Assembly: GCA_043228905.1 (NCBI GenBank) | Contig: JBHGNT010000006.1 | Location: 8,866,001-8,930,000, forward strand | Reading direction: 5' to 3' | Length of the DNA: 64,000 nt | Origin: Azolla caroliniana | Taxonomy: Eukaryota; Plantae; Polypodiophyta | In this document: positions 11,145 to 23,001 of the stretch, piece by piece | Position numbering within the stretch: the first letter of the stretch is position 1 | Layout: every line of letters begins with the position of its first letter | Made by a program: the position numbers and the translations under genes | The notes under the pieces: generated by a model | Database searches by the model: none | What the model was told of the DNA's origin: nothing | The model's input: the letters and a program-made list of their open reading frames with translations, nothing else

Positions 11145-13501
11145 GTCGCTGCCTCTGTTGTAACCGCCGCCTGTGGCGAAGAACGTAAGCACGAGGTCGT
11201 TGCCTCCGTGAACTCACTGTTTTTTGTACATTCTAGTATAGTGATAGTTTGCAGCCTGTGGGTTGCCGTGGTTTTTTCCCTAGTTTGGGTTTTTCCACGT
11301 AAACACCCTGTGTACTCTTCTCCTCTTTGTGTCGCGTGTTTTTTGTTTCCTAGTTTCTGTGTATGAAAAGAATCTCGGTTGTGGCCGAGCGTTGTGCATA
11401 AGGATCGTTGTAGTTCCCGTCACATGCGACGAAGAAAGAAGCATAATTAAGGCTTTCTCAATCAAGAGGGTCAATGGGTACGAGGCCCATGAGTTTGAAG
11501 AGATAGCCATGGAGAATGATGTCAAGGTGAGGATGGTGAATGGCCATGATGAAACTTTCCCCACACAAATTCTAGAGACTTGGGCATTAACCGATGTAAG
11601 ACCCAAGAGACGGAATGTGGCACCGAGGAAGCAAAGGTCGAAGCCGATGCGAACAACGTTAAGATGGAAATGGCTAAGGGTAGCACGAAAAAGGCGGACG
11701 ATGAAAACATATGGATCCCTCCACACTTGTTCTAGAGACTTGGGCATTAACCGATATAAGACCCAAGAGAAGGACGGTGGCAGCGAGAAAGCAAGGGTTA
11801 TGCATGTGTCAAAGAGGCCAAGCAAAGCACAACAAGAAATGACGAGGGTCAAGTGGCCCAAGAAGTTTTGAATGGTGTTCCCCAAGATATTAATCTAACA
11901 TTCAACTTGAAGGAGGACACTATCATTAAGATCATGGAAGCGATGGACAACTCTAACTTAAGAAGTTACCACAAAAGTAGAAAAAGTGAGAAGCATAGAG
12001 CATGGTAGTGTAAGGATCTCAGAGTGGGCATGCACTTGAAGGTACTACATGGAGAGCATGGTCAAATAAAGGCTTGGGGAGAAAGACACAAAACAAAAAT
12101 GCGTGACGGGTCAAAGTGCCTTGAGCAAGGAGACGATTGGCACAAAGGTGGAACATGCATAAAGCCTAAACGGTTATGCTCGGAGGAGAACAAGGGGCCA
12201 TGACAACTGGTCATGGTAAAACAAAGAATGAGCGAATGATAGAGTGGATTGGGTTGTGACAATGGTTCGAGTGAAAGAAATAGACATGCTCGAAATGGAG
12301 GAATCATACTAATCACCGTCGCCGAAATCTCACACTCTCTCTTCTTGGCATGTACCAGAGGACGTGCGGTTTGGTGGGGGTGGATGTCGTGAAGATTTTC
12401 GGCAACGATGAGAAAATCACGTAAAAAGGAGAAAACCGAGAAGGGTTCACTTTCATGCTTCGCTCAATGTTTCTTCTCAGAGAGTTATCCCACATACATA
12501 TGCAGCTAATAGGACTCTCTCTCTCTATATATATATATACGAACTTATTGCAAATATATATACGACTATGTATATATATGTGTATGTTTGTTTGAACTTC
12601 TATAGGGTCGACTACCGTTGGATTGAAGCTTGTTTTTTCTTTTCGATCAATTTTGGCCAATCAAATTTTGGGCTTTCTGACCGATTTCGGCTAGTTGACT
12701 CTTGTTTCGGCTTTTCAGCTGACTCCCCCACAAGGAGGGACAATCTTACATAACACAATTGACTTATCACAAAGCCAAGTCATTTCTTTAAAAGTTGTAT
12801 TTTCATCATTATACTTTCTCATATGTAAATTCTCATACATGAGAGCTTGCATGAGTTACATGGTTATCATGCATCACATGTAATGCATGAGTGCCAAATG
12901 GCAAACATGCATCGCATGAATTTCATGCATTACATGCATTGTATGCATGTCTTGCACCCTCACATGCATCATATGCATGGGGGCATCTATAAAAGAGTGG
13001 AGGAAAAAGAAAAGAGGAAGGAATCAATAAATCAGTTGATCAAACAAGCTATGTACTGAATCAAGAAAATAATAATAATAAAATGTAGTTATCTTTTTGG
13101 TGATATATCTTGTCCCTCAAAATTTGAAGTCAAGGGTTCAAAATCTTGCTCTCAATCTGTCTCAAAATTGGAATCTCCGTCTCTCAATCTTTTTCTCTTT
13201 CTCTATCTTAAATACTTTCTTGCTAAAGCTAGTACAAACTTCAAATCCTTCCGGTCCAAGACCTCGATGGTTCCACTTCATTTCGCGAATACACGAGGAT
13301 TTCCTCGACAACGTTTCCACGCATATTCCACCTACAGCTCCATGTTCGAGTGGTATATCGAACCACATTCCTTGCAAAGCCAAAATACAAACCTTGCTTT
13401 TTGTCCTATCATCAAACATCCACATCTACGATCAGTGGGTTCCACACAATTGGCATGTACATCTGGGCATATGCATCATTTCTCCACCTACAAATGATTC
13501 C

Positions 13502-13723
13502 CTTTCTAATTCTTTGCGACGCCTTCATCATTCCAGCAATACATATACTCTACATACATCCCCAGTATTTGGATCACATTTCTGGCACAAAACCCCAAAG
13601 GGTTGCTTGACCAACTTCCACCTTGTCTCGGCAACCACATCTTCCATCTGTGTCTCCAAAGATTTTTCCAAGGTGCCTCAGGTGGTTGCAAGCTCTTGAC
13701 CATCAATTTGCCTAGCAAGGCCT
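13502..13723 (+). repeat. 222-bp direct duplication, left copy (right copy 31336-31557), flanking copia A
   Basis: Both copies are 222 bp, differ by ~9 substitutions and directly abut the LTR ends. Confidence 0.9.
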
Positions 13724-16700
13724 TGTTAAAAAAAGAATAACGTGCGGAAGCAATAGAAAACCGAAAACAGAAACACAAGTTTAATGGAGAGCTTGAATAT
13801 ACACAATACGCGGGAGAGACAGAGAAAGAGCAGAACAACTTAAGTCTATTATCAACAACTCTGTAAAATTCTTTGTATATACAACGTGCTCAACAACACT
13901 ATTTATACAAGTCCTAAGAGGACTGACAGAAGTACAATGTACTTCAATGCTCACACGAGCGTCTGGCACTAACTACGAGACATTAACTACCTAGTAGTCT
14001 AGGCTGCTACTAGGCTTCCGGTTACTGCTTGATCCGGCTAACCGGCTCACCGATCCGGCTTATCCTTCCGGATGCCGATCTAGCTCAGGCTTATCCAGCC
14101 GATCTGGATACTGTTGAGCTTCCCGCTCAACACTCCCCCTCAAGCTCAACTTGAGGTCGGATTGTAGTGTCAGTCTCCATGGCAACCGGTCCTTCCACCC
14201 GGCTCCTTCTAGCGTCGCTCCGCCTTGCTCGTGCTCCTCGTCTAGTCCGGTCCTGTTTGCCGTGACCCTTCTGATTTTGCGCACCTCGACCTCCTCGGTC
14301 GCCTTGTCTGCTCAACAGGCCCAATTCAGCTCCCTCGCTGCTTTGACTTCGGCGCTTGCCGATTCGCCGATTCCTTTGTGTTGGCGTCGACTTTCGCTAC
14401 CTTCTCGTCCTCTTGGCCTTGAATTGATCCGGTTCTTCCGAATCCTTCTGTTGAACCGAATCAACTGTCTCCGATTCGTTCCAGCTCTTGTCCGAATCGG
14501 TCGCTTCCAATTCGTCTTCCGGTTCCAGGCCCTTCACCTTCTTCTTCCGGTCGGCTCTGTCCTTCTTGACTCTGTCGCCGCTGCCGCTTGTTCCGACTTG
14601 TTTGGATGTGTCAACTTCCTTTGGACTCAGCTCCTTTCTTCTTCTTGTATCTCCCTTTGTCAGTTCTTCCCTCACCGACGCAATCAGCAGTTTCTTTGCT
14701 TTTGCCCGTTCCGATGTCTTTGCCCGTTCTCCCCCTCAAGTGTGGAACGTCGAGATGCTGACCACCAAGCATTTCGGTGAAGTGCTGCAACTTGTCCGAT
14801 CCGAGCGGTTTGGTGAAGATGTGGGCAACTTGCCGATCCGTATGAACATACCGAAGTTCGACTTCACCGCTCAGGACACGCTCACGCACGAAGTGGTAGT
14901 GCACTTCTATGTGCTTTGTGCAAGCATGGAATACAAGGTTCTTGGCGAGTTGCATGTTGCTTATGTTGTCGCAGTAGATCAGGATTGGGGTCAACACCTC
15001 GATCTGCAGGTCTTGCAACAGTCGCCGAAGCCAAATGGCTTCACAGGTGGCAACGATAGCGCCCTGGTATTCAGCCTTAGTGCTCAAAAGGGCCACTGTT
15101 GGCTGCTTTTTGCTGCTCCACGCAACATCCATGCTACCAAGGGAAAACATATAGCCAGAGGTGGATCGGCGATCTGATGCATCGTTGGCCCAGTCAGCAT
15201 CGGTGTAGCCGACTAGCTCTTCGGTTATACCATGCTGGTATAACAGTCCCCGGTCCTTCGTGCCGCTGACATATCGCAAAATTCGATGCGCGCACAGAAG
15301 GTGCTCCACGGTCGGCTTTTGCATATATTGGCTGATCACGCCGACTAGATAACTGATGTCGGGTCGGGTGATTGTCAAATATATAAGGCTTCCGACGATT
15401 TGTCGGAACCGCTTCTCATCGCAGGCCGGTTCGGAGTCGGGACGGAGCTTCTGGTTCCGGTCCAGGGGTGTGGGGATCGGTCGGCATTCCGTCATGCTGA
15501 ACTTGTACAACATACTCAACACATAGTGTCTTTGTGAGATCAATATGTCGTCGGGGGTTTGGATCACCTCAATCTCGAGGAAATAGTGAAGGTGCCCCAG
15601 GTCCTTCATCTCAAATGCGTCCAACTGTTGGGACTTGACTCGGCTGATTTCACTGAGTCCGAGTCCGGTGATGATAGATCATCAACATACAGCAATATGC
15701 AAACCGGACCGTCCAGACCTTGCCGGATGAACAACGAAGAGTCGGACTTGGAGGTTGCAAACCCCATCTTACACAACCGGTGCATGATCTTTGCATTCCA
15801 AGCTCAGGGGGCTTGCTTCAGGCCATAAAGGGACTTCTTCAGCCGGCATACCGCCAACGTGTTCATCTCTTACTAGAAATCATGGGGTTGGGTCATAATA
15901 ACCTCTTCTTCAAGATCGCCTTGAAGAAATGCATTCTTCACGTCCATTTGGTGAAGATGCCACCCCCTTGCCGCAACAACCGCCAACACCACACGAACCG
16001 TTGTCATCTTCGCTATCGGAGCGAAGGTCTCGTCGTAGTTGATCCCTTCACCACTAACCGGACCTTGTACCGGTTAACCGAACCATCGGCATTGTACTTT
16101 ACCTTGTACACCCATTTGCAACTGGTCGGTTTACAGTGTCGGGGAGGCTCAACAAGGTCCCATGTGTCGTTGGCATCTAGTGCCCGCATTTCTTCCTCCA
16201 TAGCGGCATGCCAATTTGCGTCCTTTGCCACTTCTACGTAACTCTCCGGCTCACACACTTCCGCCACCTTGGTCATGTACGCATAATGATGCGCCATGTA
16301 CTCATTTGACCCATACCGCTTCACGGGGTTCTTCTGGCGGGAAGACTTGTGTAACTTATCGTTACCTAGTTTGAGGCCCTTCTTGGCCAATTCGGTCTTC
16401 GTTGCTGAAGATCCACCTTCTTCTTTTTCGGAGTCGGATCCGCTCCAATTCGACTCGCCATTGCCAGTCTCGTGCTCCGACATCTTCCTCTTCCCCTTTT
16501 CCTTGCGCGTGAACCGTCTCCTCAGTTGCTTGCATGGGCAGAGCACGACAGAGTCTCCCCTACTCGCCGATTCACCATCCGACTGGTCTGTCAGACCCAG
16601 TCGCTCGTTTGGCCCGCTCAACCAAAACGATTCAGGACTCTCATCTAGAGTCTCGAACCCTTCGTCTTCTAACTAGACCGGTTCAAGCTCACTAGCCTCA

Positions 16701-16759
16701 TCCTCCAGTATCGGGTCTAGGTCAGAAGTCGGAGCTGGTAAGGCATACCATGATCCCGT

Positions 16760-16927
16760 TGTCGAATACATGTGTATAATGGACGTATTCACACTATCCC
16801 GTTTCGGCCATTTATGTAATTAGCATAAAGGGTAATTGCCCTAAGTCGGTCACTATATATAGTGACCTTGTAACCTCTTTGTGAGGTTGGTTGTTGTATT
16901 ATTTGCTTTATGAATAAGAAGTCTTTT

Positions 16928-16971
<44 letters not shown>

Positions 16972-19900
16972 AAAGACCTAGAAACTGTCATACGCAGGTA
17001 TACAGAAAGGAATCGAATGCTCCTTGATCTTCCGCAAAGATGACATTGTCTCCAACATCTGGTATCAGAGCCTGCACAGTAATCGGTCCCTCAATCCGCT
17101 GTCGGCCGTCATCACCGCCTGCACAGCATTCGGTTCTTCACTTCATCACGGCCTGCACAGTATTCGCGTCATTCGAAGAAGAGAGAAGAAGAAGAAAAAC
17201 CAGGTTTGCATCTTATCGTGTTAGATCATCTTGCTTGGAGTAAGCCATCAGGTTGTACTCTGTCCTTCGTGATCGTAACCGCTCGAGGTGAAATCCCCTT
17301 GTGCAACATTGACACGATCGTGCTCCATTCGGTTAAACGGCATCCGAAGAGGTCATCAATCGCCGCTCGTTGTAACCACTCGGTGCAGATCGGTCTCAAG
17401 ACAACAACCCCAATTCGTGCTTCATCCGGCTGATCGACATTCGAGAGGATCAGTTGGATCCATCTCTCTCGTCGCTGCAGCCACCCGAAGCAGAATCGGT
17501 TCAGATAATCGGTTTTAATAATCGGTATTCGGCAGATATATCCGAAGCGAACCGGACTCACTCCGACTCGGTAACATTCGGGAAGACCAGTCGGTTCTGT
17601 CCCTCAAGCTACCGAAGTCAATTCGAGCAAGCTCCGAAGCCGAACCTACTCGGGTTCAAATCCGACTAGAACGATATCGGGTGAGCCAACCGGCTGCACT
17701 CCAACAAGGTTCGTAGTCGACTCCGAACCGAGCTTCGTCAACCGAAACCGAATTTGATGGCATCAACATCCGGCTCGTCAGAAATGAGTCTACGAAAGTT
17801 CGATGGATCGAACTTTAACTTCTGGAAGGAGCAAATGCAGGACTATCTCATAGTCAAGGGGCAAATCGATCCCATCGAAAATGAAGAACCTCCAGAAGGA
17901 TACAAACCAATCGAGTGGCAGAAGCTGGACAGAATTGTCCGCGCCACGATTCGGATGCACCTATCGGAATCGGTATATTTTACGGTGCAATCGTGTACGA
18001 CAGTATTCGAACTGTGGAAAACACTGTCGGACACTTACGAAAAGAAGGTCGCCGCAACGAAGATGTTTCTGATCCGGCGCCTCTACAACTTGCGGATGAA
18101 AGAATCCGATTCGGTCCAAGCACACCTCAATGAGTACGAAAGCATAAGCTCCCAAATCTCGTCACAGGGGACGGCAATCGAGGATGAACTCAGAGCAATG
18201 ATACTCATGAGCAGCCTTCCCTCATCATGGGAAACTTTCGTCACAACCGTGTGCAACGCGTCAACCACGGCTGTTAAATACTCCGAAGTCACAAGCGCAA
18301 TCCTGACCGAAGCAGCTCGGAGAAAGTCTTTCGCCAAAGACTCAGCAGACGACGCTTATGTAGTACAAGGTTCGACAGACCGATCGAACATACGAGGAAG
18401 AGATTCCTCACGACCGCCGAACAATCAGCGAAGACGGAGCCAGTCACGGGATAACCGAATCTGCAACTATTGCAAGAAACCCGGACACATCAAAGCCGAC
18501 TACCGCGCACTCAAGAACAAAAACAACAAGAAGAGTGGCCGGCATGAGGAGATCAATTACGTCAGCTTCTCAGCTGACGTACTACCGGACGACCCGAATA
18601 TACTATCAATCGAAAATCCAGTCGGATCAGAAGTTCTACTCACGACTGAAGAATCGAGCACATGGCTCTTAGATTCGGGCGCGTCATTTCACGTGACTCC
18701 TCATCGATCCCAATTTCGGCAATATACGATCCGTCACTCCGACTCAGTTCGAGTCGGCAACTCGCAACACTGTGACATCATCGGAATCGGCACAGTAGAG
18801 CTCAACCTTGCAGGTGGCTCTACACTTGTACTCCACAATGTCCGACATGTACCCGAGCTCTCAAGGCCATTAATCTCAGTCGGACAGCTAGATGAAGACG
18901 GCATTCGTGCCGGTTTTTCTTCGGGAGGGTGGACACTCCATAGGGGGAACCTCCTGCTTGCTAGAGGACCCAAGATACACTCACTGTATCCGTTACATGT
19001 TACACTCAGAGAGGGTAACCTGTTTTTGGTGGATATTCCTGTGTCATCACTATGGCACAGAAGATTAGGACACCTCAGCAAGGCCGGCATCACGCATCTA
19101 TCTAGAGCCGGATACATCCCCAAACTCTCCTTCTCCGACCATCAATTCTGCGAGCATTGCCAGTATGGCAAACAAGCAGCCGCATCACACCCGACATCAG
19201 CACCAAGAGAAACGAGACCTCTCGATTTGGTCCACTCGGACGTCTGTGGCCCAATGCCGCATCAGTCTCTTGGCGGTGCCTCTTACTTCGTCACTTTTAT
19301 TGACGATTCGACTCGAAAGGTGTGGGCTTATCCAATTCGCACCAAAGATCGGGTCTTCTCGATCTTCACCGATTGGCTCGCTATGATAGAAAATCAAACC
19401 GACCGAAAGCTGAAATGCTTTCGGACAGACAATGGGGGAGAGTTCAAATCCGAAGAATTCGTCAAATTCTGCCGACAACGCGGCATCCGACGTGAATTTA
19501 CGGCACCACACAGTCCGGAGCAAAACGGGATTGCCGAACGCATGAATCGGACAATCCAAGAACGGATAGTTTCCATGCTCCAACACTCCGGACTGTCGGA
19601 TGGCTTCTGGGCAGAGGCTCTACTCACGGCAGTACACATAATCAATATGTCGCCAAGTAGACCTCTAGGACTTCAAATTCCTCAGGAACTATGGATCGGC
19701 AGTAAGCCGAATTACGACAAGCTGAGGATCTTCGGATGCGAGGCGTACGCCCTTATTCCGAAAGATGATCGCCGAAAACTTGCACCTCGGTCCAGGAAAT
19801 GCATTTTCCTTGGATATGGATCAGACGGCGAAATGGGATACCGACTCTGGGACCCCGAACGCAGACAAATCGTTCGAAGTTCGGACGTTGTGTTCAACGA

Positions 19901-22131
19901 GTCGGCTATGAATCCATCAGTCGAAAAAACGATCGAAGTCCGAAGGGTAACATTTTCCGATGTGCCGACCCTTCAAGAAGGCCCCGCTCTTAACACACGG
20001 TCAGCTTCACGGGTAGCTGAACCTTCCACTACCGACTTGGACGACTCCGACTCGGTACAGCCGAATGATTCACTTTCGGACCATCCGACCTCGATACCCG
20101 ATGCGACCAGTCCAATCATACCTCGACGATCCGAGAGACTGTCGCAACCTCCGGAGAGGTATTCTCCTGGAATTTTCTTCACCGACGCCGGCGAACCGAC
20201 GTCTTACGAAGAAGCATCGACATCTGTCGATTCCGCCACCTGGCATCTGGCGATGGAGTCGGAAATGCACTCCATTCGGGCAAACAAGACTTGGGATCTG
20301 GTCGAATTACCTAAGAATCGACGTGCTCTCCCTTGCAAGTGGGTTTATCGACTTAAAGAGACGTCTGATTCGACCACCCCAAAGTACAAGGCCAGATTAG
20401 TTGCGAAGGGCTTCCGACAAGAATATGGCGTCGACTTCGACGAGATTTTCTCACCAGTGGTGAAAATGACAACCCTTCGTTTCCTACTCGGCGTAGTGGC
20501 AGCCGACAACTTGGAGCTGATTCAGCTAGATGTCAAAACAGCCTTCCTCCATGGTGATCTCGAGGAGGAAATTTATATGGAGCAGCCCAAAGGCTTCGTG
20601 GCCACCGGCCAAGAACATCTAGTCTGCCGACTCAGGAAGAGTCTATACGGCCTCAAACAGGCACCGCGACAATGGTACAAGAAGTTCGACGACTTCATCC
20701 AATCGATCGGCTTCTCCAAAAGCGATGAGGACCATTGTCTCTTCACCAACACAGCTCAAGATGGCTCACCCATCTTCCTCATCATTTACGTGGACGACAT
20801 GCTAATTTCTGGATGCCACGCGGGCGAACTTGCTGATTTCATTCGGCAACTGCGGTTGAAGTTTGCCATGAAGGACCTCGGTCCGGCACGACACATCCTT
20901 GGCATGAAGATTAGTCGGCATCGCGATAAACGACATCTTTTTTTGTCTCAGACCGACTATATCGGACGTGTCTTGGAACGCTTCAACATGCAATCAGCCA
21001 AATCTGCTTCAACCCCGCTCCCCATGAATCTTCGGCTCTCTCAGCGAGACTGCCCGACATCCGGTCCGGAGGGGGAAGATATGAAGTCGGTACCGTATGC
21101 ACCGGCAGTCGGCTCCCTTATGTACCTGATGGTCGCGACACGGCCTGATATCTCTCACGCCGTAGGAGTCGTTAGCAGATTTATGCACAATCCTGGCCGA
21201 TCGCATTGGAACGCAGTCAAGCATGTGTTCAGATATCTGGCTGGCACAAAAGACCACGGCATCCTTTTCGGTCCGAACCGAACCTCAGGCGTAGTCGGTT
21301 ACACCGACTCGGACTTCGCCGGCTGTATAGACAGTCGGAAATCAACAACCGGATACTGCTTCAAATTCGGCAATGGAGCAATCTCGTGGAAGTCGAAACT
21401 TCAGGAGTGCACAGCGACCTCAACGACCGAAGCAGAATATGTAGCTGCGTCCGACGCAGCAAAAGAAGCTTTGTGGCTCGGTCGGCTGGCGCACACGTTT
21501 CGACAAGTCGACCATGACTCGGCTCCAGTTGTCTACAGCGACAGTCAAGGTGCTGTTGCCTTGTCGAAAAATCCGGTTCACCACAACGCCTCCAAACATA
21601 TCGACGTTCGATATCACTTCGTTCGGGACTGCGTCATTTCAGGGAAAATCGGTCTAGAGAAAATATCCACAACCGACAATGTCGCAGATGGAATGACCAA
21701 GTGTCTTTCGGCAGACCGTTTTCGGTCTCTTCGGCATCAGATGGGCGTAACGACAAACCAGTCCGGTTAGAGCCGGACACAGAGCAGGATGGTTCCCGAC
21801 AACCGACATCAGTTCCTTAATGATCGGCTTCAACTGTTCCGACCCGACCAGTTCGGTCTTCTGCCTTCGGACCCTGCCGACTCGAACAAAGCTGATATGT
21901 CCGAGAACCTAAGTCTATACCTGTAATCTTAGATAACCCATGTATACGCCCATTACGGGGGAGTGTCGAATACATGTGTATAATGGACGTATTCACACTA
22001 TCCCGTTTCGGCCATTTATGTAATTAGCATAAAGGGTAATTGCCCTAAGTCGGTCACTATATATAGTGACCTTGTAACCTCTTTGTGAGGTTGGTTGTTG
22101 TATTATTTGCTTTATGAATAAGAAGTCTTTT

Positions 22132-22171
<40 letters not shown>

Positions 22172-22257
22172 AAAGACCTAGAAACTGTCATACGTAGGTA
22201 TACAGAAAGGAATCGAATGCTCCTTGATCTTCCGCAAAGACGACATTGTCTCCAACA
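16760..22257 (+). mobile_element. Young full-length Ty1/copia B (Tork/Tnt1-like); LTRs 16760-17057 and 21964-22257
   Basis: TSD CCCGT (16755-16759, 22258-22262). PBS TGGTATCAGAGCC at 17060-17072 (tRNA-iMet). PPT 21955-21963. LTRs differ by 2 substitutions and 2 CT units. Confidence 0.97.
17757..21770 (+). CDS. Uninterrupted copia gag-pol polyprotein (~1337 aa)
   Basis: KFDGSNFNFWK gag; WLLDSGAS protease; LWHRRLGH, VHSDVCGP, NGIAERMNRT integrase; QLDVKTAFLHG, YVDDM RT; YTDSD..DSQGA..ADGMTK RNase H. Confidence 0.95.
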   Translation: MASTSGSSEMSLRKFDGSNFNFWKEQMQDYLIVKGQIDPIENEEPPEGYKPIEWQKLDRIVRATIRMHLSESVYFTVQSCTTVFELWKTLSDTYEKKVAATKMFLIRRLYNLRMKESDSVQAHLNEYESISSQISSQGTAIEDELRAMILMSSLPSSWETFVTTVCNASTTAVKYSEVTSAILTEAARRKSFAKDSADDAYVVQGSTDRSNIRGRDSSRPPNNQRRRSQSRDNRICNYCKKPGHIKADYRALKNKNNKKSGRHEEINYVSFSADVLPDDPNILSIENPVGSEVLLTTEESSTWLLDSGASFHVTPHRSQFRQYTIRHSDSVRVGNSQHCDIIGIGTVELNLAGGSTLVLHNVRHVPELSRPLISVGQLDEDGIRAGFSSGGWTLHRGNLLLARGPKIHSLYPLHVTLREGNLFLVDIPVSSLWHRRLGHLSKAGITHLSRAGYIPKLSFSDHQFCEHCQYGKQAAASHPTSAPRETRPLDLVHSDVCGPMPHQSLGGASYFVTFIDDSTRKVWAYPIRTKDRVFSIFTDWLAMIENQTDRKLKCFRTDNGGEFKSEEFVKFCRQRGIRREFTAPHSPEQNGIAERMNRTIQERIVSMLQHSGLSDGFWAEALLTAVHIINMSPSRPLGLQIPQELWIGSKPNYDKLRIFGCEAYALIPKDDRRKLAPRSRKCIFLGYGSDGEMGYRLWDPERRQIVRSSDVVFNESAMNPSVEKTIEVRRVTFSDVPTLQEGPALNTRSASRVAEPSTTDLDDSDSVQPNDSLSDHPTSIPDATSPIIPRRSERLSQPPERYSPGIFFTDAGEPTSYEEASTSVDSATWHLAMESEMHSIRANKTWDLVELPKNRRALPCKWVYRLKETSDSTTPKYKARLVAKGFRQEYGVDFDEIFSPVVKMTTLRFLLGVVAADNLELIQLDVKTAFLHGDLEEEIYMEQPKGFVATGQEHLVCRLRKSLYGLKQAPRQWYKKFDDFIQSIGFSKSDEDHCLFTNTAQDGSPIFLIIYVDDMLISGCHAGELADFIRQLRLKFAMKDLGPARHILGMKISRHRDKRHLFLSQTDYIGRVLERFNMQSAKSASTPLPMNLRLSQRDCPTSGPEGEDMKSVPYAPAVGSLMYLMVATRPDISHAVGVVSRFMHNPGRSHWNAVKHVFRYLAGTKDHGILFGPNRTSGVVGYTDSDFAGCIDSRKSTTGYCFKFGNGAISWKSKLQECTATSTTEAEYVAASDAAKEALWLGRLAHTFRQVDHDSAPVVYSDSQGAVALSKNPVHHNASKHIDVRYHFVRDCVISGKIGLEKISTTDNVADGMTKCLSADRFRSLRHQMGVTTNQSG

Positions 22258-22607
22258 CCCGTCTCATCAAACTCAACATCCCGGCTTACTTAGACTTGCT
22301 TCGTCTGGGGGCTATAACACTTATACCCCTTTTGCTCATGCGAGTAACCGATCAGGATGCATTTCTCCGACTTTGCATCCAACTTCCTCCGTTTCTCATC
22401 CGGCACATGCACATATGCAATGCTACCGAATATTCGAAGGTGTCTCAAATTCGACTTGCGCCCGAAATACAGCTCATGCGCGGACACTTTGTCACCGATC
22501 CGGTTTTGGATATCAGTGGCCGTTCGGACCATCTCAGCCCAGTAAGATTTGGGCATGCTCTTCTCCTCAGCATCGCCCTTGCCCCGTCGATAATCAATCG
22601 GTTCTTC

Positions 22608-22935
22608 TGTTGAGCGGCAAGCTCAACCGGAGCCGGATCGGCTGAATAAGCCGGAGCCGGTAAGCGAGACGGATCGAGCGAAACGGATCGGTATTACGGT
22701 GAGCAACCGAACCGGCAAGCAGTGGAGGCCGGGTGCAATCCGTAACCGGAAGTCCAATCGGAAGCCTAGTATAGGATAGACTACTAGGTAGCTATAGTCT
22801 CGTAGTAAGTGCCAGATGCTCGTGTGAACATTGAAGTACATGGTACTTCTGTCAGTCCCAAGAGGACTTGTATAAATAGTGCTACTTAGCATAGTGCGTG
22901 TACAGAGTTTTAATATAATTTTGAAATTGAGTTCT

Positions 22936-23001
<66 letters not shown>

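Larger units (their letters stand above)
4998..11422 (+). mobile_element. Copia-type solo LTR (~670 bp) split by the Tcn1-like insertion
   Basis: Ends TGTTG...GTCA with TSD CATGC (4993-4997, 11423-11427). U5 motif GTGGTTTTTTCCC..GGGTTTTTCCACGTAAA. 54-bp internal tandem repeat and a (GA)n tract. Related to 34316-34876. Confidence 0.8.
4190..11830 (+). repeat. Degenerate 160-300-bp tandem repeat array inside the Trp gypsy, interrupted by the 4998-11427 insertion
   Basis: Core C(T/C)AGAGACTTGGGCA...GACCCAAGAGA at 4353, 4608, 4905, 11572 and 11732. Units translate to ETWA..ETQE..TCDEER.II.A..KR.NGYE.HE.EEIA. Confidence 0.75.
1805..13310 (+). mobile_element. Non-autonomous Ty3/gypsy-type LTR element with tRNA-Trp PBS (gag only, no pol); truncated 5' LTR ~1805-3308, 3' LTR 12385-13310
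   Basis: 1805-2012 plus 3206-3308 match 13003-13310. 3' LTR runs TGTCG...CGACA and is preceded by PPT GGTGGGGGTGGA. PBS TGGTGAACCCGACGTGAA (~3316-3333) is complementary to the plant tRNA-Trp 3' end. Confidence 0.8.
1712..13394. mobile_element. Non-autonomous TIR DNA transposon (57-bp TIRs, 8-bp TSD) inserted in the L1 and hosting the Trp-primed gypsy
   Basis: TIRs at 1712-1768 and 13338-13394, 47/57 identical with mostly transitions. TSD TGCTTTTA (1704-1711) / TGCTTTTT (13395-13402). Removing it restores the L1 frame DDRTKS|MLKRIADAI. Confidence 0.7.

Noticed and set aside
4353-11750. Regularly recurring AGAGACTTGGGCA motif as a CRISPR-like array
   Set aside because: The intervening sequences are homologous to each other, spacing is 160-300 bp, the context is a eukaryotic LTR element, and there are no cas genes.
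14151-15177. 209- and 229-aa plus-strand ORFs as antisense genes
   Set aside because: Shadows of the GC-rich copia pol and its extension; no independent motifs.
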